This document shows, in pieces, positions 54,093 to 64,000 of a stretch of DNA of 64,000 nt (its first letter is position 1; each line of letters opens with the position of its first letter). The notes under the pieces are model-generated. The model was not told where the DNA came from. It did no database searches and saw only the letters and a list, made by a program, of their open reading frames with translations. The translations under genes were made by a program, and so were the position numbers. Where the stretch lies: NCBI GenBank assembly GCA_051294375.1, contig CM119270.1:2095535-2159534 (forward strand). Reading direction: 5' to 3'. This DNA comes from Paraspadella gotoi. Its lineage: Eukaryota > Animalia > Chaetognatha.

Positions 54093-57000
54093 NNNNNNNN
54101 NNNNNNNNNNNNNNNNNNNNNNNNNNNNNNNNNNNNNNNNNNNNNNNNNNNNNNNNNNNNNNNNNNNNNNNNNNNNNNNNNNNNNNNNNNNNNNNNNNNN
54201 NNNNNNNNNNNNNNNNNNNNNNNNNNNNNNNNNNNATATTGGCGAGGGATGTATGTATGTATGTCTATTCTAGTAATGAATTTTATGTTTAAACAATCTC
54301 TTTCTTACAAGCATACATTTTTATTAAAGGTTTACATTAAAATTCAAAAAAGGTTCAACAAAAGAATAAAATAAAACTAACGGAAAATCTTTCCAATCTT
54401 AATAAACAAGTTTGAGCAAACAATACCGGATCTGCCCACGATCATTAGCGGTAATTAATTAATTAATTCAAGTTTAATAAATAATTAGTCAATTAATTAA
54501 TTAATCTGATCCGACATGTTAGTTTTTAGATTTTTTCGTCACTGACCACGACAAAAGTAACGACGACGATGATGGCGACGACGACAATAATGCCGATAAC
54601 GATTAATTGATTGACTTACTTGATTGATTGATTTATTGCTTGATTGATTAATTGATTGAATTATTAATTAATTGATAAACAAATTGATTGATTGAATAAT
54701 TAATTGTTAGTTAAATAATTTTTTTCATTGAATAATTAATTGTTGATTAATTAATTGACTAATTGATTAATTAACTGATTAATTATTTGATTAATTAGTA
54801 CATCTTGCATTTTCATTTAATATAAAAAGAAAAAAGACGGACGGACGGACATCAATTTTTTTGCATAATTTATCATAATTCGATGTTCTGACATGATATA
54901 AGTGACTTACCGACAATATTTTTTGGGGGGCGGACCGACGGACCGACAAAGTGAATAATAAAACCGGAATCTGCTGTAAGCAGATCCGGCTAAAAAATTC
55001 TGTAGAAAAAGAGAGAGAAATGAAAGGAAAGAATCTTTGGGGAAGGAAAAGGAGATTAAACGAGGAGGTAGGGAAAAAGTTTTCGGCACCTGAGTTTCTT
55101 TCCTTTTCTTTTTTTCTTTTTTTCTTTCCTCCTTTTTCCTCCGCAGGGAGAAATCAGTGATTNNNNNNNNNNNNNNNNNNNNNNNNNNNNNNNNNNNNNN
55201 NNNNNNNNNNNNNNNNNNNNNNNNNNNNNNNNNNNNNNNNNNNNNNNNNNNNNNNNNNNNNNNNNNNNNNNNNNNNNNNNNNNNNNNNNNNNNNNNNNNN
55301 NNNNNNNNNNNNNNNNNNNNNNNNNNNNNNNNNNNNNNNNNNNNNNNNNNNNNNNNNNNNNNNNNNNNNNNNNNNNNCTCCTCACCTAAGACCGAATCGG
55401 TCGCGTGAATCCTTTTCTCACTTTTTTTCTCATTCACTTCACATTTTTTATGTTAAAAGCTGAGTATGGATTCTTCCAGCTAAAAACGTTTTACCGTAAA
55501 ATGCTTTTTTTTTCTTGAATTAATTCGCGGCTTTTATCAAAATAAATTAGAAACCAATTTTGAAAAACCTCAGGAAGCAGATGTACGGTCTTCTTTGCTT
55601 TCAAAGAACAGCAGATGGGCTGAAAGCGACAATTCGTTAAAAAAAAATATTTGAGAAAGTTAGTTCATTTATTATTCTAGTACGATTCATGAGCCCAGCA
55701 GTGTAAAGAATGGCATAAATAAATAAATTTATGAAATTTCATGGTTCCATCGTAAAAGTGCCAAAGATAAAAAAATCAGATTTATCTGTCAAATTCGTGA
55801 TAAAAAAATTATTTTGGAAATATAATTTTTTTAAAAACGTGATTATATATTTAAAAATCAATTTCATCAGTTCAGGATTTAAGGGGAACACTGGAAACTT
55901 TTAAAGGGAGAATAAGCCAATGGCATTAGAGATAACTTGATAAGTTGGATAAGGGGTGGAAAGTAAGGCGGGTCTAAAGTCTGCGGCGGCGGCGGCGGCG
56001 GCGGCTGCGGCGTCTCTAAAAGCTCGTAAAGTTTTTTAAATGGAATCCTCGTCGCAAAATTGATTATCGTTCGTCCATAACTTTTCATTTTCCCGCCGCG
56101 CAAACAGAGGGCGCTTCCAGTCGCATCCCCCCCCCGGAAAAAAAAAAGGAAAACAAAATTGAAGCGGGAAAAAAAAAAGATTGAAGAGAAAAGAAAGAGA
56201 AAAAATATTAAAAAAAAAAAGAAGAAAAAAAAATAAGCGGAAGAATTTGAGTAGAGATTAAATCTAAAACTCGGGGCGTCAAAGATGAAGAGAGAAATTA
56301 AGGATAAAAAAAAATTGGGAAAGAAAACCTTAAAAAAATTGATAAAAAATAAACTAAATCAATTAATTAAATTGTTTTTCCTTTTTTTTTCGCCAAAGCG
56401 AAAAAAAAACCCAAATTGATCGGGTCTGGGAATTTTGAATTCTTCATTGTTAATGATTCCAGTTTATGGGAGAAAAGAACAAAAAAAAATTGGGGGGAAA
56501 AAAGGAGGAAATTTTGTGTTCATTTTTCATTCAAGACGCAATTTTTTTTTTCTGAGGGGGGGGGAAAGAAAGTAGCGGAGATTAATCAAAAAAAGAAATT
56601 TAGAGAGGGAAAGAAAAATATTAATAAGGAAAGAAAGAAAGAAAGAAAGAGGGAAAGAATAAAAGAAAGAAAGAAGGAACGAAAGAACGAAATAACCAAA
56701 GAATAAGTTATATTATTTTACGGATACTATATTTAGCTTTAATCTATTATCTATTCATAAAACATGATATATCTTTCATACTACAAAGCTCTTTGAGAAA
56801 ACGATACAATTATTATCATAAAAAAATGTTGTTTTTTATCGCAAAGAGAANNNNNNNNNNNNNNNNNNNNNNNNNNNNNNNNNNNNNNNNNNNNNNNNNN
56901 NNNNNNNNNNNNNNNNNNNNNNNNNNNNNNNNNNNNNNNNNNNNNNNNNNNNNNNNNNNNNNNNNNNNNNNNNNNNNNNNNNNNNNNNNNNNNNNNNNNN

Positions 57001-57158
57001 NNNNNNNNNNNNNNNNNNNNNNNNNNNNNNNNNNNNNNNNNNNNNNNNNNNNNNNNNNNNNNNNNNNNNNNNNNNNNNNNNNNNNNNNNNNNNNNNNNNN
57101 NNNNNNNNNNNNNNNNNNNNNNNNNNNNNNNNNNNNNNNNNNNNNNNNNNNNNCACAG

Positions 57159-57451
57159 GACCACAGCCACAAATCCTACCGCCCGCTCACCGTTCTCTCC
57201 TTTCGTCTCAACTTTTGGGCTGCGACGAATTGGGTCCTCGACAGAGGGCGCTCCGAAGAGACGACGACGACGACGCGCCGGAGGATTAAAGGCGAAACCG
57301 GAAACGAACTAACATCCGGGTCTGGAATAGATCCGGTTCGTGGCGACGATGACGACGACGACGATGACGGCGACGACGACAACGACAACGGCGACGACGA
57401 CAATGATGATCTTGGAATGAAAATCGCCGAAGTTTTGGGAGAAAATTTTGG
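57159..57451 (+). CDS. Internal coding exon of a TMTC-family protein O-mannosyltransferase (transmembrane and TPR-containing; paralogue not assignable, TMTC3-like context plausible)
   Basis: Translates DHSHKSYRPLTVLSFRLNFWAATNWVL..., matching the conserved TMTC motif (NDFWG...)SHKSYRPLTVLTFRLNY. Acceptor cacag|GAC at 57154-57159 just after an N gap; donor TTTGG|gtaagt at 57451/57452 (293 nt, phase 0 to phase 2). Other TMTC exons were not found and may lie in gaps or outside the window. Confidence 0.85.
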
Positions 57452-58630
57452 GTAAGTTTGGGAAACTCTGAAAAATTAATTAATTAACTAATTGATTAAT
57501 TATTTAATTAAGAATATTGAACCTCAACTGAAGAACAGACCCAAATTGAATATCAAACTTAATTCTTTGACCGGTATTTTAGGCCAAGTCGTTGAATGAG
57601 TTACAATTAAATACCTAATCAATTAATATTTGCTGAAAAAATTCTTCAATTTGGGTCTGTTTTTAGTCGAAGTTCTATCTATTTCCGCCAGGGTATTAGT
57701 AAACAAAATATCATTGAACTTTTTCTTACAAAACAAGAGAAAAAGTTTCAATGAACGTATTTTTTAAATTTAATTCGTCCTGTCTTCATTGAAGTTGAAA
57801 ATTTCATAAAATTCAAAACTAAGTTTCAAATGAATGATCAAATAAAATCCCTCAGTAATACAAAGTCATGAACGAAAAAAACAAACCAAGAAAACAATAT
57901 CATATTTTATCTACATGAACTTTTCCAAAATCTTCAAAATAGAATCTGAGTAAAATAATTCACGTCTCGTAGTTCACCCAGATGGTAAAACGAAACCAGT
58001 CTGTTTTCTTTTTTTGTTTTCTTTCGTTTTTTCTTCACGAAACAACTAAAAACCACTGGAAAAGAGTAAAACAAAAAAAAAAAACAAAAAAAAACAACAA
58101 ATTTTTATTTCCTCACTTGATTCGAAACAAATGGAAAAAACAAGCGTCGTTGCTTAGCGACGGGAGCGTNNNNNNNNNNNNNNNNNNNNNNNNNNNNNNN
58201 NNNNNNNNNNNNNNNNNNNNNNNNNNNNNNNNNNNNNNNNNNNNNNNNNNNNNNNNNNNNNNNNNNNNNNNNNNNNNNNNNNNNNNNNNNNNNNNNNNNN
58301 NNNNNNNNNNNNNNNNNNNNNNNNNNNNNNNNNNNNNNNNNNNNNNNNNNNNNNNNNNNNNNNNNNNNNNNNNNNNNNNNNNNNNNNNNNNNNNNNNNNN
58401 NNNNNNNNNNNNNNNNNNNNNNNNNNNNNNNNNNNNNNNNNNNNNNNNNNNNNNNNNNNNNNNNNNNNNNNNNNNNNNNNNNNNNNNNNNNNNNNNNNNN
58501 NNNNNNNNNNNNNNNNNNNNNNNNNNNNNNNNNNNNNNNNNNNNNNNNNNNNNNNNNNNNNNNNNNNNNNNNNNNNNNNNNNNNNNNNNNNNNNNNNNNN
58601 NNNNNNNNNNNNNNNNNNNNNNNNNNNNNN

Positions 58631-58666
<36 letters not shown>

Positions 58667-59077
58667 AGGCTCTTAAAAGGTGAGGTTTTTGCGTACGGGC
58701 GATGAAATCTTAATCCGAGGTTGGGATGTGAAACATTTGAATACCGTGAAAATTCTGCGGGATGCAAATAGAGAGAAGAAAGAGGAAGAGGAAAGAAGGG
58801 AGAAGGAAGGAAGAGTTTAAAAAAGAGATGGAAAAGGGAAGAGAAAAGGAAAAAAGGAAAAAGGAGAAAGTAAAATGAGGAAGGAAGGGAGAAAGGAAAA
58901 AGGGAGAGGAAGAGAAAAGAAGGAAGAAGGAAGGAAGGGTGAAAAAGGAGATGGAAAAGGGAAGAGAAAAGGAGAAAGTAAAATGAAGAAGGAAGGGAGA
59001 AAGAAGGAGAAAAGGAAAAAGGAAAAGAAAGAGAGAAGAGAGAAGGAAGGGAGAAGACATAAAAACTTGAAATTCAG

Positions 59078-59204
59078 ATGTGTGTTGCGCCACAGTGACA
59101 TATTGAGCCCGTGTATGTTCGACAAGCACTGCATCGCCGCTAGCAGTATCCTAGATTTGAGGTTTTTTCCTGTCTTGACAAATGTACAACCGACTATAGG
59201 CGAG
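59078..59204 (+). CDS. Possible small exon downstream of the TMTC exon (peptide CVLRHSDILSPCMFDKHCIAASSILDLRFFPVLTNVQPTIGE, no recognised homology)
   Basis: ttcag|ATGTG acceptor and CGAG|gtatga donor around a 127-nt complex island inside purine-rich low-complexity DNA; open in the phase compatible with the upstream exon. Weak pyrimidine tract; peptide is not TMTC-like. Confidence 0.2.
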
Positions 59205-62126
59205 GTATGAGAATTTTTAACGTAAGTGGGACAAACCGACGAACAGACAGACTGACCGACCGACAGACAGACGAGAAGTGACTTAGAGGCACAGAAGAGG
59301 GATGGACGATGTGAAAGGGAGAAAAGAAGGAGTGGAAAGGAAAGGAAAAAAAGGAAAGGAGAAGAGAGAAAAGGAAAAGGAAAGTGGAAATTAAAAGGAA
59401 GAGGTTTGATTGAAGATTTGAAGAAGCTAAGGTTTTTTTTTTATCCGGGACTCATGATGATTTTGAGAAAAAAAAATTTCATGTTGTGGGCAAAATTTTT
59501 ATGAGGCTGACGATTTTGAACGTGACGATGAAAAAGAGAAGTAAAAAGGAACGTAACGACGACGATAAAGATAAAGATGATGACGACGACGATGAAGATG
59601 GCGACGACGATGACGNNNNNNNNNNNNNNNNNNNNNNNNNNNNNNNNNNNNNNNNNNNNNNNNNNNNNNNNNNNNNNNNNNNNNNNNNNNNNNNNNNNNN
59701 NNNNNNNNNNNNNNNNNNNNNNNNNNNNNNNNNNNNNNNNNNNNNNNNNNNNNNNNNNNNNNNNNNNNNNNNNNNNNNNNNNNNNNNNNNNNNNNNNNNN
59801 NNNNNNNNNNNNNNNNNNNNNNNNNNNNNNNNNNNNNNNNNNNNNNNNNNNNNNNNNNNNNNNNNNNNNNNNNNNNNNNNNNNNNNNNNNNNNNNNNNNN
59901 NNNNNNNNNNNNNNNNNNNNNNNNNNNNNNNNNNNGACGACGACGATGATGACGATGAAGATGACGACGACGATGGCGACAGCGTCTGGTAAAACGACTG
60001 TAAAATGGACGCATTAGTGAGACTGAATCTCTTTTATGATCTTTATTCCCTGACGACGTTGAGTCATAGAAGGTACTGGTCCTTCAATACAATCAAGCAA
60101 TGAAAGGTCGTGATCATTTCAACCAAAGTGATGTTCACAAATCGAGCAAATGTTGAATTCCTTGTGAGAAAAAAGACGCGTGAAATTGCAAAAACCGAAT
60201 GAAGATTTTGAAAGATGAGTTGAGGAGTTGAGGAGTTGAGGAGTTGAGGAGTTAAGGAGTTGGAAAGGAAAGTCTGGGTTTTTATTTTGATGGACAAAAA
60301 AGGGAATTTTAAGAAGGAAAGAGGAAGAGAGAGGAAAAAAAGTTTATGTTCAAACGAAAGAAATTGTTTACTTAGAATTAGGCTTGTTTTTGAGATGGAA
60401 AATCTGTGAAAAAAGATTTACAGAAGATTTTCTATTTCACGTTATCCGTGAGTGAGTCGCGTTTGAAAGCTGATATGTTTTTGAACTTGTAACAAGATCT
60501 GACCGACATTTAATGAATAATTAATTTTTATATCGGTTGTACCAATTTCACGAGAAATTGCCCCTCAATGCTGCTTGCGAAAGCTTGCTCAGTGAAAATA
60601 TTAGTAGCAGAAATAAGAAAAAAACGTGTGAAAAGAAATTGAAAGGAGAAGATGAACGCGAACAAAAGACATCGATGAAACAGAGAAGAGAAAAATTTGC
60701 TTAGAATTGTAGTTTTTCAAACAAAAGACAGTTATGCTTTGCTGAGAATATGCTAATTAAGAGAAGCTAATTACATTGTTTCTGTNNNNNNNNNNNNNNN
60801 NNNNNNNNNNNNNNNNNNNNNNNNNNNNNNNNNNNNNNNNNNNNNNNNNNNNNNNNNNNNNNNNNNNNNNNNNNNNNNNNNNNNNNNNNNNNNNNNNNNN
60901 NNNNNNNNNNNNNNNNNNNNNNNNNNNNNNNNNNNNNNNNNCTCTCATCAAAATTAACAACGCGTTTCTATTTGAATACACAAACGAAATTTATGATGAA
61001 GTATGCAGATTTTTTTGAACGTAACATTAAAAGTTTTTAAAAAATTTTGTAATCAGTAATTTTGTAAATGTTTCATGACCTCAACATTTTTGCATCGCGA
61101 TTGGAAAATTTTGAATACGATTCTGCTAAAAATATGAATATAAAGATTTTATATCGAATTCAACGATTAATTAATTAGGACTTAAGATGAGATAAAATAA
61201 TGAATTAAGTTTATGAGTTAATAGGATTAGTTGATAGAATAATAAGCTAATAAGATAAGTGTATTTAGTCTATTGATNNNNNNNNNNNNNNNNNNNNNNN
61301 NNNNNNNNNNNNNNNNNNNNNNNNNNNNNNNNNNNNNNNNNNNNNNNNNNNNNNNNNNNNNNNNNNNNNNNNNNNNNNNNNNNNNNNNNNNNNNNNNNNN
61401 NNNNNNNNNNNNNNNNNNNNNNNNNNNNNNNNNNNNNNNNNNNNNNNNNNNNNNNNNNNNNNNNNNNNNNNNNNNNNNNNNNNNNNNNNNNNNNNNNNNN
61501 NNNNNNNNNNNNNNNNNNNNNNNNNNNNNNNNNNNNNNNNNNNNNNNNNNNNNNNNNNNNNNNNNNNNNNNNNNNNNNNNNNNNNNNNNNNNNNNNNNNN
61601 NNNNNNNNNNNNNNNNNNNNNNNNNNNNNNNNNNNNNNNNNNNNNNNNNNNNNNNNNNNNNNNNNNNNNNNNNNNNNNNNNNNNNNNNNNNNNNNNNNNN
61701 NNNNNNNNNNNNNNNNNNNNNNNNNNNNNNNNNNNNNNNNNNNNNNNNNNNNNNNNNNNNNNNNNNNNNNNNNNNNNNNNNNNNNNNNNNNNNNNNNNNN
61801 NNNNNNNNNNNNNNNNNNNNNNNNNNNNTCGGCTGTTTTGTATGCTGGAACATTTCCTACATCTTCGAGTTCAGTGATGATGACAAATTAAATAAAATCG
61901 TGGGATGATTTTTAAAATGACAAGAATGAACNNNNNNNNNNNNNNNNNNNNNNNNNNNNNNNNNNNNNNNNNNNNNNNNNNNNNNNNNNNNNNNNNNNNN
62001 NNNNNNNNNNNNNNNNNNNNNNNNNNNNNNNNNNNNNNNNNNNNNNNNNNNNNNNNNNNNNNNNNNNNNNNNNNNNNNNNNNNNNNNNNNNNNNNNNNNN
62101 NNNNNNNNNNNNNNNNNNNNNNNNNN

Positions 62127-62162
<36 letters not shown>

Positions 62163-62429
62163 TCACGAATCAACCAAATGAATCGGAAAAAGAGAGTCTT
62201 TTCTCGTCAATTAATCCCAAAAAAATTCAAATCGATTAACTAATTTGAATCACATAGATGAATGGATTTCAAATGGTTTAATGGACCCATAAGACCGACT
62301 CCAATTCTAAAATTAAAAGGCTAAATTTGTAAGAAATGTTTATTTACAAAGGTTTGTTTCCTTCTCTTCTCTCATTTTTTCTTTCTCTCTTCTTTTCAAT
62401 TCTCTTTCCCTCTCTTTTCTTTCTCTCTT

Positions 62430-62600
62430 TTTCAATTCTCTTTCCTATCTTTTCTTCTCTTCTCTTTCCTTTTTTCTTTCTCTCTTCCTTTAAATTCTCT
62501 TTCCCTATCTTTTCTTCTCTTCTCTTTCCTTTTTTCTTTCTCTCTTCTTTTAAATTCTCTTTCCCTATCTTTTCCTTTCTTCTCTTTCCTCCACTTTTTC
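62430..62600. repeat. 60-bp pyrimidine-rich tandem repeat (~3 units)
   Basis: Lines starting 62461 and 62521 are nearly identical at a 60-nt offset. Confidence 0.75.
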
Positions 62601-62654
62601 CTCCTTTTTCTCTTCCTAATTTCCATTCCTGCATATTATTCGCTTTTCTTCTCA

Positions 62655-63015
62655 TTTAAGATTCACCTTAAGATTCACCCAAGATTCACAAAAGATTCTC
62701 ACAAGATTCTCCCTAGATTCTCCCAAGATTCTATTAGGATTCTCCCAAGATTCTATAGGATTCTCCCAAGATTCTCCCAAGATTCTTTAGGATTCTCCAA
62801 GATTCTCCAAGACTCTTCCAAGATTCTCTCAAGATTTTCCCAAGATTCTCCCAGACTCTCGCTAGATTCTCCCAAGATTCTATTAGGATTCTCCCAAGAT
62901 TCTCCCAAGATTCTTTAGATTCTCCCAAGATTCTCCCAAGACCTTCCAAGATTCTCTCAGATTTTCCCAAGATTCTCCCAAGACTCTCAGATTCTTCAAT
63001 TCTCCCAGGATCTTC
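62655..63015. repeat. 11-bp tandem repeat (AAGATTCTCCC)n, ~30 units
   Basis: Direct inspection; explains ORF 62734..63018 (RILGES repeats). Confidence 0.9.
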
Positions 63016-63099
63016 CATCTCCCTTTACCTTTTCTAGCTTCCTCTCTTTCATTTTAACGATTTATTTACATAAATCTTTTCTTCTCTTCCTCTCTCCCT

Positions 63100-63158
<59 letters not shown>

Positions 63159-63286
63159 CACACGTTTTCTCCTTCATTTTTTTATTTATGTTTCTTTAAT
63201 CCCTTCCTCCCGAATTTCTCTCTTTTCTATTCATTGCATCACATTTTATTCTTTCTTCTCCCCATTGAATCTTTTCTTAATACTAT

Positions 63287-63337
<51 letters not shown>

Positions 63338-63729
63338 CTCTCTGCTACGAGTTCTTTTATTCGCATTCTTCATCCCTCTCCGTTCCGTTCAATCGCCGAG
63401 TTTCATTTTTTTTTTTTTTTTTTCTTTTCTTCCTTCTCTGTTATCCCATCCGCTTTTCACACCCATAATGCACAACTTTTTTTTCACAGTCGAGTTTCAC
63501 TGTACCACTTTCTATTTTAATTTTCAAATTCTGACCACCCGTGTTTCCAAAAACATTTTGTCGAATAGAACTTCATTTTTTAAATATTTTTAAATCACGG
63601 CATGTCACATGTCACATGTCACATGTTAGAATTACTTCAATGTTATCATCACTCCAAGTTTAACATTTTCAAATTCATATATCGTACAGCGTCGCCTCTT
63701 CTTCACTTCAACAGTCCATCCTCGGCGAT

Positions 63730-63827
<98 letters not shown>

Positions 63828-64000
63828 CTCACTCCCCGTAGTGGCTCGATTTTAATTTAGAAAAGAAAATGGAAAAAAATATCGCTTAACGCGGGGAAGG
63901 GGAAGATGAAATTTTAATAAAAGAAAATAACGGAAGAAAGAGAGAGAGAGAGAGAGAGGGAGACTTGGGGAGGACGCTGCTAGCGCCCATCCCCCGAAGG

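Noticed and set aside
53984-62243. ORFs made largely of X residues
   Set aside because: They run through N gaps; only the 57159-57451 part has real homology.

Overview
Eukaryotic (animal-like; taxon not determinable) draft-assembly DNA: AT-rich, saturated with (GA/CT)n, (GAC)n, (GAT)n, (TTTA)n and (AAAG)n microsatellites, with many N gaps. Almost every ORF in the supplied track is a translation of simple repeats. Only two pieces have recognisable protein homology: (1) a + strand internal exon of a TMTC-family protein O-mannosyltransferase (DHSHKSYRPLTVLSFRLNF, 57159-57451) with an unusual Asp-rich extension, and (2) the 3' end of a non-LTR retrotransposon ORF (17995-18237). Much of 8-47 kb is direct or inverted re-copies of the same loci, differing by dense single-base indels and often flanked by gaps of exactly 25 N; this pattern points to long-read gap-filling artefacts rather than real duplications. 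Other points of interest: a 2.6 kb compositionally alien segment that reads like mirrored (complemented, not reversed) DNA; a possible fragmented minus-strand gene; a 27-bp ETS/KLF-motif minisatellite between divergent YY1-like sites; a probable heterozygous insertion with filled and empty sites side by side; several minisatellites. I find no credible evidence for a novel biological system, CRISPR array, rRNA or tRNA.
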